DNA of 64,000 nucleotides from an uncultured Alphaproteobacteria bacterium (GCA_963759345.1 CAVWYW010000017.1:314507-378506), one strand, 5' to 3'; shown: positions 9,577 to 19,120, counted from the first letter of the stretch. Notes: generated by a model from the letters alone, not told the origin. Made by a program: numbers and translations.

Positions 9577-10071
9577 ATGTCGAAGTGGTCAAGTTGGATC
9601 GCGCCCACGGGCTTGGCGGTGCTGCTATTAGGCGGGACGCAAGCCGCGCGGGCCCAGGACGAAATGCCGACGGCGCAGCAGATTGCCGCCATTCGCTCCT
9701 GCGCCGAGAAGAACCAGGACGATATCACCGAGGCGGAACGGCAATGCCTGTTCGAACTTGTCGCCACGCCCTGCCAAAGCACGCCTGAAGGCCAATCCAA
9801 TCTCGGAATGGCCGATTGCTTCCGCCTCGAAGCGAAGATCTGGGACGACCTGCTCAACGAGAACTACAAGCGCTTGCGCGATGTTATCGACGCCGGACAA
9901 GCGGCCAAGCTGCGCGACATGCAGTGGGCCTGGATCGCGTCGCGCGATGCCACCTGCGCGTTCTACGACGTGAAAATCCAGGGCAGCATGGCGATCCCGA
10001 TGGGGGCAGCTTGCCTCGCGCGCGAGACGGCGCGCCGGGCGCTGTTGCTCAAATTCTTCACCGGTTTGTGA
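9577..10071 (+). CDS. Secreted DUF1311 (LprI-like lysozyme-inhibitor fold) protein
   Basis: Signal peptide MSKWSSWIAPTGLAVLLLGGTQAARA. Then ..LNENYKRL..LRDMQWAWIASRDATC..C..ETARRALLL. A GGGGGAG RBS lies before the ATG at 9577. Confidence 0.65.
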   Translation: MSKWSSWIAPTGLAVLLLGGTQAARAQDEMPTAQQIAAIRSCAEKNQDDITEAERQCLFELVATPCQSTPEGQSNLGMADCFRLEAKIWDDLLNENYKRLRDVIDAGQAAKLRDMQWAWIASRDATCAFYDVKIQGSMAIPMGAACLARETARRALLLKFFTGL

Positions 10072-10276
10072 AACGGCTGTCATCTCGACCGGCTGTGACT
10101 TGTCGCGTGAAGCCGCTTACAATGTCGATGGTCATTTGCGCCGAAGCTGACTGCCGAACCCGGCTGCCGTGCCGGCGCAACTACCGTCCGCATCCGGAAC
10201 TGCAGCCAACCCTGTTTGTTCTCGAGGTGAAGAAACCACGCCTCTTGGCACCAACACGATCGTAAGGAGTCGAGCC

Positions 10277-10735
10277 ATGAACCTTTCGCTCTCGCGTCGC
10301 GTCGTCGTATTGGCGGCATGCACCGCCGGCATCGCCGCTTGGGCCGCGGCATCGAATGCCGCGCCGGAATCGTTCAAGGTTGCACTGAGCGGAGCGCAGC
10401 AGGTGCCGGCGGTAGAAACTCCGGGCAAGGGGACAGCCGATCTCACCTACGATCCGGCAACGCGGATGTTGACCTGGAGCATCAGCTACGAAGGGCTGTC
10501 GGCGCCGGCCACCATGGCGCATTTCCACGGACCCGCGGCGGCGGGAAAGAACGGACCGGTAGTAATCTGGCTAAGCAAACAGGGTAGCCCGCCCGCGAGC
10601 CCCATCAAGGGCGAAGCCACACTCACTCCCGAGCAGGCGGCGCAGTTCACCGCCGGCGAGTGGTATGTCAATTTCCACACCCAGTCGCATCCGGCAGGCG
10701 AGATCCGCGGTCAGGTCGTGCCGCCTAAAAGCTGA
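10277..10735 (+). CDS. CHRD domain-containing secreted protein
   Basis: Signal peptide, then L..AQQVP..GTA.L.YD...L.W...Y.GL..P.TMAHFHGPA..G.NG and ..YVNFHT..HP.GEIRGQV. An AAGGAG RBS is present. Confidence 0.75.
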   Translation: MNLSLSRRVVVLAACTAGIAAWAAASNAAPESFKVALSGAQQVPAVETPGKGTADLTYDPATRMLTWSISYEGLSAPATMAHFHGPAAAGKNGPVVIWLSKQGSPPASPIKGEATLTPEQAAQFTAGEWYVNFHTQSHPAGEIRGQVVPPKS

Positions 10736-10754
10736 TCGCGCCGGGTGAGTGTAC

Positions 10755-11438
10755 TCATAGTACGTTGACGAGAACGGCGACAGCGAGCGCGCTGGCGGCA
10801 AGAAGAGCGCTGGCGCGCACCAGGCTGCCGATGCGGGGGTGCGGCACGTCGGGCGGCAGGTTCTTTCGCCCGGTGATCATCGGCGTAAGCAGATCGTGTC
10901 CCTTAGCAATGGCGTAAATCGCGATCGCGAGGACATGCAGCGCGACGGCCGCCAACAGCAGGTCCCAAAAAATCCAGTGCAGGGCGGTGATCGCGTTGGC
11001 GATCCGCGCGGGTGTGAGTTCGGTCAGCGGTCCCTGATCGGCGACGTCGTTGGCGACGTAGAGCCCGCTCAGGGTTTCGCCGAGCAGTAGCCCAAGGAGG
11101 AGCAGCACCATCCAGCCGCCAGCCGGGTTATGGCCGACTTGACGGTCAGGTTCGCGACGGAAAACTTCGGCAAGATGGTGGAGAGCGAGCGGCGGCGAAG
11201 CAACAAAGCGCGAGAAGCGCGCCGTGTCGCTGCCGGCGAAGCCCCACAGCAGCCGAAACACGACGAGCGTAAGAACCGCGTAGCCGGCCTTGGCGTGCCA
11301 ATTCATCCAGTCCAATCGCCAGGTGATGTACGCCGCGAACACCAGAGCGGCCGTCAGCCAATGAAACAGCCGCGTTGGGACATCCCAGACCTCAATGCGG
11401 CTCGAGCTATTCGGAAAGGAATCGCCGCTGCGCTCCAT
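10755..11438 (-). CDS. Cytochrome b561 / b-type cytochrome membrane protein
   Basis: VWDVPTRLFHWLTAALVFAAYIT..AKAGYAVLTLVVFRLLWGF.GS..ARFS.F. Four or more TM helices with conserved His residues. Confidence 0.75.
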   Translation of the reverse strand: MERSGDSFPNSSSRIEVWDVPTRLFHWLTAALVFAAYITWRLDWMNWHAKAGYAVLTLVVFRLLWGFAGSDTARFSRFVASPPLALHHLAEVFRREPDRQVGHNPAGGWMVLLLLGLLLGETLSGLYVANDVADQGPLTELTPARIANAITALHWIFWDLLLAAVALHVLAIAIYAIAKGHDLLTPMITGRKNLPPDVPHPRIGSLVRASALLAASALAVAVLVNVL

Positions 11439-11628
11439 TGGATGCCGCCGACAATGTTGCCGCCAAGCTTGAGCCCGGATACGTCAAGCGTTTAAAGGGG
11501 GCAATGGCCTACTAAGCCAAAGAATTAGTCGTTCAAAGAAAACTTTATCTGCAGCAAAGCAAACCTACTAACTCATTGAATCCAAGCCGAATCAGCTATG
11601 GTGTCCGCAGCCGGGAACGCTGGAGCCT

Positions 11629-11979
11629 ATGCCCATGCTGCGCGTTCGGTTGAAAGCTGATGGACGCTTGGTGGAAATCCTGCCTGACGGCAGCGAAGGT
11701 CCGATTTTGATTTCCAACGGCGCGCACGCGCCGCGCGTCAACGGTGCAAGACATTCGGCGAACGGCCGCTTCGTTGAGGCCGCCTACGCGCGCAATGTGC
11801 GCGGGCAGACCGGCCTGACCCAGACCGCGTTCGCAGCGCGGATCGGAGTGCCGGTCGAGACCGTGCGTAATTGGGAACAGGGCAAACGTTCGCCGCGCGG
11901 ACCGGCCCGGGCGTTGCTCAAGGTCATTGAACGGGCGCCCGAAGCAGCGTTCGCGGTGCTTGGCGCCAAGCCGCCGTAA
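11629..11979 (+). CDS. XRE-family HTH protein, MqsA/HigA antitoxin-like
   Basis: ..RGQTGLTQTAFAARIGVPVETVRNWEQGKRSPRGPARALLKVIERAPE... No partner ORF lies upstream. Confidence 0.6.
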   Translation: MPMLRVRLKADGRLVEILPDGSEGPILISNGAHAPRVNGARHSANGRFVEAAYARNVRGQTGLTQTAFAARIGVPVETVRNWEQGKRSPRGPARALLKVIERAPEAAFAVLGAKPP

Positions 11980-12004
11980 GCGTTGTGCCGTCCGCGGACT
12001 CGAT

Positions 12005-12826
12005 ATGGCCGACGTAATCACGACGAGAGCGGGCGTTCCGGCCATCGAGGTCAAAGGCGTCCGCATTCCTTTGCTCGGGCTCGGCACTTGGGAGCTGCGC
12101 GGTCGCGTTTGCGCGCGGGTCGTCGAGCAGGCATTGCGTCTCGGCTACCGGCACATCGACACCGCCGAAATGTACGACAACGAGCGCGAGGTGGGCGAGG
12201 GCCTGCGCGGGTCGGGCGTCGAACGCGACGAAGTGTTCATAACGACGAAGATCTGGCCGACGCATTTCACTCCGCGCGAATTCGATCGCGCGGTGCACGA
12301 GTGCCTGGCGCGGCTGCGCTTGAGCGAGGTCGATCTGCTGCTGTTGCACTGGCCCAGTACCCGGCTGCCGCTTGCGGAGACAATCGGCGTCCTCGTCAAG
12401 GCCAAGCGCGACGGGCTTGCGCGTCACATCGGCGTCTCCAACTTCAGCGTGGCGCAGATCGAAGAGGCGGTGCAGGTCAGCAGCGAACCGCTGATATGCA
12501 ATCAGTTTGAATGTAACCCTTTCCTCGACCAGTCCGCGCTGATCGCCGCTTGCCACAAACTCGGGATGGCCGTCGTCGCCTATAGCCCGATCGCGCGCGG
12601 CCGGGTTCGCGACAATGAGGTGTTGTCGCGGATCGGCGCGGCGCACAAGAAAAGCGCCACGCAAGTGTGCCTGCGCTTTCTGGTACAGCAGCACATGGTG
12701 GTCATTCCGCGGACTAGCAAAGTGGAGCGCTTATCCGGGAACGCGGCGGTTTTCGATTTTTCGCTCAGCGAGACCGAGATGGCGACAATTTTCGGTCTGG
12801 CGCACGCAAGCGTACCGTCCAACTAG
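12005..12826 (+). CDS. Aldo/keto reductase (2,5-diketo-D-gluconate reductase-like); the stop codon is supplied by the IS end
   Basis: LGLGTWEL.., YRHIDTAEMYDNEREVGEGL.., VFITTKIW.., DLLLLHWP.., IGVSNF.., NQFECNPFL.., VVAYSPIARG.., VVIPRTSK... TAG at 12824-12826 is the first three nt of the IS inverted repeat. Confidence 0.85.
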   Translation: MADVITTRAGVPAIEVKGVRIPLLGLGTWELRGRVCARVVEQALRLGYRHIDTAEMYDNEREVGEGLRGSGVERDEVFITTKIWPTHFTPREFDRAVHECLARLRLSEVDLLLLHWPSTRLPLAETIGVLVKAKRDGLARHIGVSNFSVAQIEEAVQVSSEPLICNQFECNPFLDQSALIAACHKLGMAVVAYSPIARGRVRDNEVLSRIGAAHKKSATQVCLRFLVQQHMVVIPRTSKVERLSGNAAVFDFSLSETEMATIFGLAHASVPSN

Positions 12827-14277
12827 CACTACTTTGGCAGATTTTTAGCGGCACGGGATTCCCAAATCAGTTTTTCAATGATTCATGGGTGGTCGGCTTT
12901 TGGAGGGCCGACCATGGTAGGCACAACGTCGAATTGGGAAGACGAGCTTCGAGGATGGCTCAAGCCGTTCTTGGATCGCCTGGGCCATAAATCGCGGCGG
13001 CGAATGTGTCCGCTTTATGTGGCAGGGCTGATCGGACCCGGCGATCGCAAGAGCGTTCAGCCAATGGCGGAGCGGCTTGCGCCTGGCGATTACGACCAGC
13101 TGCATCATTTTGTTGCGGCTGGCGTCTGGGACGCGGCGCCATTGGAGACAGAGCTGCTCATTCAAGCGGATCGGCTCGTTGGTGGCAGCGACGCCGTGTT
13201 GGTAATCGACGATACGGCGGTGCCGAAGAAGGGCACGCACTCGGTCGGCGTCGCTGCGCAATACGCTTCAGCGCTAGGCAAGACCGCCAACTGCCAGACT
13301 CTGGTGTCACTGACGCTCGCCCGCGGCGAAGTTCCGGTGATGGTGGCATTGCGGCTTTTCCTTCCAGACAGTTGGGTCAACGATCGGCGGCGGCTGAAGC
13401 GAGCTGGTGTTCCGGCCGAATATCGAACTTCACGGACAAAGCCCGAGATCGCACTGGCGGAGATTGATCGCTTGATATCGATCGGCGTGCGCTTCCGCTG
13501 TGTGCTGGCGGATGCCGGTTACGGTCTCAGTGCGCCTTTCCGTCAAGGGCTGACGGCCCGCAAGCTTGCCTGGGCGGTTGGCATCCCTCGTCACCTCAAG
13601 GTGTACCCTGTTGGGGTACAGCTCATTTGGCCAGTTACCAAAGTTCGAGGCCGGCCACGTAAACGGCACGTGCCGGATAGTCTATCGACAGCAGCTGAAG
13701 ACATGTTGGCCAGTGCGCAGTGGAGAACTGTGAGTTGGCGCAGCGGTACGAAGGGTCGGCTCAAAGCCCGGTTTGCCGCCGTCCGTGTGCGTACTGCCGA
13801 CGGTCCTCCCCAGCGGATATGGGACAAGGGGCAGCAGCATCTTCCAGGGGACGAGGCTTGGCTGATCGGCGAGCACCGCGCGTCGGGAGAGAAGAAATAC
13901 TATCTCGCCAACTTGGCCGCCGGAATGGACCTCCGCAGCTTAGCTGCGACGATCAAGGCACGATGGATTTGCGAGCAGGCCCATCAACAGTTGAAGGAGG
14001 AACTCGGGCTCGACCACTTCGAGGGAAGGTCTTGGCACGGCCTTCATCGTCATGCGCTGATGGCGATGATTGCTTACGCGTTCCTCCAACATCGCCGGCT
14101 CAAAAAAGTGAGGCGGGGAAAAAAGAATCAACGGCCCGCCCCCTCAACCGACGTTGCCGGCGGTTCGCCACGCCATCGTCGACCTCATCATGCGATCAAG
14201 TCCTCAGCGATGTCCGTACTGCCGATCCTGGATCAGCGAGGAAAAGCAGCGTGAGTAAATCTGCCAAAGTAGTGCTA
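12824..14277 (+). mobile_element. IS701-family insertion sequence (1454 bp)
   Basis: Perfect 21-bp terminal inverted repeats: tagcactactttggcagattt (12824-12844) and aaatctgccaaagtagtgcta (14257-14277). They enclose a single transposase gene. Confidence 0.85.
12878..14258 (+). CDS. IS701-family DDE transposase; one frame break near 14120 in an A-run
   Basis: ..SVQPMAERL..VLVIDDTAVPKKG..VGVAAQY..GKTANCQ..VLADAGYG..W.IEQ-type ..RWICEQAHQQLKEELGLDHFEGRSW.G.HRH... The usual C-terminus ..PTLPAVRHAIVDLIMRSSPQRCPYCRSWISEEKQRE* is readable in the +1 frame. Confidence 0.85.
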
Positions 14278-14485
14278 AGACGTGGACTCATGAGCCGCAG
14301 CCAGATGCTGATAGCTGCCAGCTTGACTTCCGCTTTCGCGGCGTAGCCGACATGGCCGGACTTGCTACTGGCTCGGCCTGGTCGCGAATGGCCCATCAGG
14401 TCATTTCGGCACCGTCGATTGTTGCATTGCGAGAAGTTGCGCGGCATCACTGGTAGGACCTAGCTTTGAGAGTGCGCTTAGGTCC

Positions 14486-14689
14486 TCAGAACTGGTTGTA
14501 CTGCTCAATCAAGGCTCCGAGATCCGGGAAACGAAGAATCACATTGATCGTGATTAAAAGGACAATCGCGTAAACGCAAAGGACCGTGTTTAAATTGTAG
14601 TCGTTGATGATCCGATCGCTACGGTAGTCGCGGTCATCGACTTTGACCTCTGCAGAGGCTCTATAATGTGAAGATAACGTTGTTGGCAT
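14486..14689 (-). CDS. Small hypothetical membrane protein (67 aa)
   Basis: GGAGGA lies 4 nt before the ATG at 14689. One hydrophobic helix (VLCVYAIVLLITINVIL). Low-GC context. I recognise no family. Confidence 0.35.
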   Translation of the reverse strand: MPTTLSSHYRASAEVKVDDRDYRSDRIINDYNLNTVLCVYAIVLLITINVILRFPDLGALIEQYNQF

Positions 14690-15149
14690 GATCTCCTCCA
14701 ACTAAACCAATGCGCCCCCGCAGCGCCCACCGTCGATCATCACGCTGGCGATGAATTCTTCCATATCCAAGTAGCGAGAGGTTACGAGCGGTCCCTACGC
14801 GCCCTGTCGCAAGCCCGCTCGAGCCGACGCGACCCCGTGCCTGAGCGGCCGCCACTTTGCGGCGCTCTGGCCAAGCAATCAAGGCGGTGAGCAAATGGCG
14901 CGTGTTCGCGGTGGCTTTGCGGTAGGAGGGTTGAGACCTGACAAGCTCCGTGAGCCGAAGGATGTTAAGCGGCAGCAGTAGCAGATGGAGACAAAACACG
15001 GGTGGAAGCCAATTAAGCGCTCCATATGTAATGAACGCGATGTTGCTGAAGATTGCGACGCTGCGCAGAAGCCGCATGTCCTTTGTCATAAAGGTCAGCA
15101 GGACCAAGGTCGATGCGATGTAGCCACTCAGTTCGGATATCGTTCCCAT
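14661..15149 (-). pseudogene. Truncated membrane-protein gene; only about 75 N-terminal residues look genuine
   Basis: MGTISELSGYIASTLVLLTFMTKDMRLLRSVAIFSNIAFITYGALNWLPPVFCLHLLLLPLNILRL is membrane-like and AT-rich. Past about 14935 the frame continues through GC-rich Arg/Gly sequence that looks non-coding. Confidence 0.3.
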
Positions 15150-15506
15150 GGCTTGATCCTTCTCAAATCGCCAAATCTTTTAGTAGCGACCGTGTGTGAA
15201 GCATGGGGCAAGCCGCGTCGGAAGTCGTGAAGGTGTCGGTGCTGCCAATGCCGCGGTCATCGCGATCGGTGTTGTCACGTTTTGTCGGCTTGGAAATTGA
15301 CACAACAGTCCGTGGGGGGCTTGTGAAATGCTTGCTAAAAATCAAAAGCACTCGCGAAAAGCTCACCATCGACCGAGTGTGAAGTCTTTGACAAGTAATT
15401 CACGAGCGGACGCTCGTCGGTAGTGTTACGATCTTGCCGCCGGTGCCGAAGAGAGTTGTCTCGTCGACCTTTCCGGGAACCCACGACCTTTCGGATTGCG
15501 ATCGCC

Positions 15507-17624
15507 ATGCTGCAATTGCGCCTGTTCGGTCGTTTTGATCTTCGCCGCGATGATGGCTCTGCCGTGTCACTTCCGGGCCGTCAATCTATGGCCGTTCTTG
15601 CCTGCCTTGGGCTGGCCGAAGACTTCACCTTGGCTCGCGAACGGCTTGCCGAGCTGATCTGGGCCGGCCGTGGTACCGAACAGGCCAACGGGAGTCTTCG
15701 ACAGGAACTGGTGCGTCTGCGTCGCACAATCGGCGAGGAGGTTTTGCCAGCGGCAGGTACAACCTCGCAGCCCGTTCGTCTCGATGCAACCGACATTGAC
15801 ATTGATGTCGTGCGCTTTCGCGGCGCTGCCGCTGCTCCAGGCGGTGGGGCGGAGGCGATCGCACTATATCGCGGCCCGCTGTTGGAGGATTTTGCAGTAC
15901 GTCCACGTGATCCATTTGGCGATTGGATCGCTGTACATCGCCAAAAGCTGCGGGATATCGCAAGGGCGCTGATGTTGCGCATGCTGCGTGGGGGTGAAGG
16001 CAGTCCCGCTTTGGCTCAACGACTGGTGGCTCTCGACCCATTGTGCGAGGAAGCCTATCGGTTTCTCATCCGTTACCATGTCGGGGAGGGAGACCTGCCC
16101 GGCGCGCAAAAGTGGTTTGATAGCTGCGCAGCGTCGTTTGGTGCAGCCGGAGTCGAAACCTCCTTGGAAATCCGCTCCCTGATGAAGGACGCTAAGGCCG
16201 AGATCTCCCGGAGTTCGGCGCACTCATTCCAAATCATGCATCCCGCTGCGGCGGCCGGGACTACGCAGTGGTTGCGCGCGTCGCTCGCTTCCCCGGGCAG
16301 GCTGCATCGGCCACCCGCGCGGAAGCTACCGGAAATAACCGACCGCCCGTCGATCGTTGTTCTGCCGTTCGACGATTTGACCGAGTCCTCGGAATTTCGT
16401 GACCACCTGCTTGGCGATATCATCACTGAGGCGACAACGGCAGCGCTCGCACGGGTAAACGGACTATTTGTCACCGCGCGGCATTCAGCGATGGCCTACC
16501 GTAATGCGGCGATCGATGTGCGCTTGATCGCTGCAGAGCTTGGCGTGCGCTATCTCATCGAAGGCAGCGTCGTCCGTTCCGGCCGGTCACTACGTTGCAA
16601 CGTGCGGCTCATCGACGGGCACACCGGATTGCATATCTGGGCCGACCAAGTCGAAAGCGCTGCAGACGACGAGCTGGCGCTGCGCGATCGGATCGTGCAC
16701 GAAACACTTGGACGACTGATGCCGCGGCTTTTGGTCGCCGAAATGGTACGCGCCGGCGCAGGGCAGAAAGCACCGCGCGACGCCTACACCTCGCTAATGG
16801 GCGCGCGCGCCGAGTTGCTGCGCGAGCAGCCATTCGACGACGCGCTGCGTCGGGCCATGACGCGCGTCGAACTGGCACTCACCCTGGATCCTGAGAACGC
16901 CGAGGCGCATGCCATGGCCGCCTATTTGCTCATGCATCAGACTTGGTCGCGGTTCTCGGCCCAGCCATTGCGCGACCGATGGCGCGCGCGTCGGTTCATG
17001 CGAGGCGCCCTCCGCCGGGACTCCGAAAACGCAACAGTACTAACAATGTGCTCAGAGGTCGCGCTGATTTGCGCCTCCGATATCGATCAAGCGCTCGCGC
17101 TTTCCGAAGCCGCGGTGCGCCACGACGCTAATGACGCGCAGGCGCTAGCGCTGCTCGGCCATATCCGACGCATGGCGGGCGACGACCCTCGTGGCTCCCT
17201 GGCGTTAATCGAGCACGCCCAGCGCCTGAGCCCGCGTGATCCGCGTACCTTCCTTTGGCTGCTTTACGGCGTTTGGTGCCGCTGGAAGCTTGGTGAGTAC
17301 ACAGAAATGGAGGCCATGGCGCGCCGGTCAATTGGGCTTTATGCCAACATCCCGTGGAACTGGTTAGGCCTCGCTGCTGCCCTGGCGCTGCAGAATAAGC
17401 ACGCCGAAGCCGCCGAGGCCTTGAGCTCTACTCGTGCAATGATGCCGACTTACACGCCCTCGCGGTTCCACTGGGGAGCGCAATATGTTTATGGCCGTCG
17501 CTTTCGCGATCACGTGAAGGACGATTACCGGCGGCTTCGCGATGCGTTGAATGCAAGCCTTGCCCAGAGCACTGGGACCGTCTTTCCGGCGGACGCTGCT
17601 CGCACTCACCGACGGCGTGAATGA
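15507..17624 (+). CDS. SARP/BTAD-type transcriptional activator with TolB-N-like and TPR region
   Basis: MLQLRLFGRFDLRR..G..V.LPGRQSMAVLA.L...., ..ALYRGPLLEDF.., ..DPLCEEAYR.LIRYH...GD...A...F (BTAD). Then PSIVVLPFDDL..EF..LGDIITEA.T.ALAR..GLFV.AR.S...Y.....DV..IA.ELGVRYL.EGSV, followed by TPR-like helices. Confidence 0.75.
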   Translation: MLQLRLFGRFDLRRDDGSAVSLPGRQSMAVLACLGLAEDFTLARERLAELIWAGRGTEQANGSLRQELVRLRRTIGEEVLPAAGTTSQPVRLDATDIDIDVVRFRGAAAAPGGGAEAIALYRGPLLEDFAVRPRDPFGDWIAVHRQKLRDIARALMLRMLRGGEGSPALAQRLVALDPLCEEAYRFLIRYHVGEGDLPGAQKWFDSCAASFGAAGVETSLEIRSLMKDAKAEISRSSAHSFQIMHPAAAAGTTQWLRASLASPGRLHRPPARKLPEITDRPSIVVLPFDDLTESSEFRDHLLGDIITEATTAALARVNGLFVTARHSAMAYRNAAIDVRLIAAELGVRYLIEGSVVRSGRSLRCNVRLIDGHTGLHIWADQVESAADDELALRDRIVHETLGRLMPRLLVAEMVRAGAGQKAPRDAYTSLMGARAELLREQPFDDALRRAMTRVELALTLDPENAEAHAMAAYLLMHQTWSRFSAQPLRDRWRARRFMRGALRRDSENATVLTMCSEVALICASDIDQALALSEAAVRHDANDAQALALLGHIRRMAGDDPRGSLALIEHAQRLSPRDPRTFLWLLYGVWCRWKLGEYTEMEAMARRSIGLYANIPWNWLGLAAALALQNKHAEAAEALSSTRAMMPTYTPSRFHWGAQYVYGRRFRDHVKDDYRRLRDALNASLAQSTGTVFPADAARTHRRRE

Positions 17625-17741
17625 ATGAGACCGTCGACTTCAGGTATAGGCCCATCGCGTCGGATGCTGCGGCGCAATCGATGTGGTGCAAATAGTCAAG
17701 GCTATTAGCGCCGTTAATGGCGCAATAACGGGAAGGTACAG

Positions 17742-18863
17742 ATGTCGGTAATATCCACCATTGTAGACGTCTTAGCCGGCCAAAGCTCCAGCGGTGATGT
17801 TCTTATCGCGCCGGGCGGCTTCGTAGTAGCGAGCGGCGGGTCGATCGCTAATAACGTCGTCGCTGATTTCGGCTTTACGGAAATCGCGATTGGCGGCACG
17901 GCGAGTGCAACAACGCTGCAACAGGGTGACCAGCTCGATGATGGCACGGCGGTCAAGACCTTGATCGCGTCCGATGGCGTAGAGCAGGTCGGTGCCGGCG
18001 GCGTGACCTTTGGAGCGGAGGTGTTTACCAGCGGGCTCGAAAAAGTCTTCACATCCGGTCTTGCCATCGCGATGACCGTCAATGGGGGCTCGGCAGTGAT
18101 CTTTAGCGGCGGTACCGCGTCTGGAACCGATGTCATCAATGGCGGCGTGCTGACCGTCTCCAGCGGCGGCACGGACAAAGGTGCAACGGTGGGCACCGGC
18201 GGCACGCTAAACGTATCTTCGGGCGGCACCGACAGCGGCACGTCAGTAACCGGCAGCACGATGAACGTGTATTCCGGCGGCACGGCCGACCATACCTCGG
18301 TCGGCACCGGTGGCACGATGAACGTGTCTTCAGGAGGCGCCGCCAGCGGCGTTTCAGTCGGCAGCGGCGGCACGCTCACCGTCTCTTCCGGCGGCGTCGT
18401 CAGCGCGCTGACGATTAATGATTCGAATGACCCGGTTGTCACCGCGGTAGCCAATGTGCTGTCCGGCGGTACCGTCGATGGCAATACCAAGATCGACGGC
18501 GGAGCATTGGTTTTGGACGCCGGCGCCGTCTTTGAAGCCCACTCCACGCTGACCATCGCCAAAACCGGTGAGCTAGTGCTGGAACAGGACTCGTTCAAAG
18601 GCACCATCCACGACTTCAGCGGACAGGATTTCATGGACCTGACCAAGATCAGATTCATCGGCCAGGGGATGGCGGAAACGACCGCGACTTTTACGCAAAC
18701 CAATGGGGCCGGCGGCCTGCTTCAAATCGCACAAGGAAACCACGTCGCCGACCTTCACCTGACCGGCACTTACACGACGGCTAACTTCGCTTTGCAGAGC
18801 GATGGTGCGCACGGGACGACGGTTGTTTTTGTTCCCGATGCTGCGCTGGCGGGTCACGGCTAG
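17742..18863 (+). CDS. AIDA-repeat beta-helix protein without signal peptide or translocator barrel
   Basis: Five consecutive 19-aa repeats (TVSSGGTDKGATVGTGG / TLNVSSGGTDSGTSVTGS / TMNVYSGGTADHTSVGTGG ..). The C-terminal module is ..GTIHDFSGQDFMDLTKIRF....LLQIAQGNHVADLHLTGTYTTANFALQSDG.GTTV. Confidence 0.75.
   Translation: MSVISTIVDVLAGQSSSGDVLIAPGGFVVASGGSIANNVVADFGFTEIAIGGTASATTLQQGDQLDDGTAVKTLIASDGVEQVGAGGVTFGAEVFTSGLEKVFTSGLAIAMTVNGGSAVIFSGGTASGTDVINGGVLTVSSGGTDKGATVGTGGTLNVSSGGTDSGTSVTGSTMNVYSGGTADHTSVGTGGTMNVSSGGAASGVSVGSGGTLTVSSGGVVSALTINDSNDPVVTAVANVLSGGTVDGNTKIDGGALVLDAGAVFEAHSTLTIAKTGELVLEQDSFKGTIHDFSGQDFMDLTKIRFIGQGMAETTATFTQTNGAGGLLQIAQGNHVADLHLTGTYTTANFALQSDGAHGTTVVFVPDAALAGHG
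18120..18420 (+). repeat. In-frame 57-bp tandem repeats encoding the AIDA-type 19-aa units
   Basis: The periodicity is read directly from the translation of 17742-18863. It also generates the long spurious antisense ORF 17714-18703. Confidence 0.7.
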
Positions 18864-19120
18864 GAGAAATCGCTGTTGTTTTAGGATCGTTACCCGTCCG
18901 CGCCCGGCGCAGCAGCACGTCGCGATTCGGACGTCTCACGCGCGATGGGCGATCTCGCCTCATGGCCCATCGCGACGTGTGGCCCTGCAATGGTTGTCGG
19001 TCGCTTTCGGGGGACAGAGCGGACGTCGCAAGTCGTTCGTCCGGACACTGTTCATGAGTTCACGGCCTAGCGCGCCCTTTGCAGGCCGACACAAACGCGA
19101 TTTAGTCCACAGGACGCAGC

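Noticed and set aside
18941-18974. 10-bp stem hairpin (cgcgatgggc..gcccatcgcg) downstream of the AIDA-repeat gene.
   Set aside because: It has no U-tract and no second copy in the window. I cannot distinguish a terminator from a chance GC-rich palindrome.
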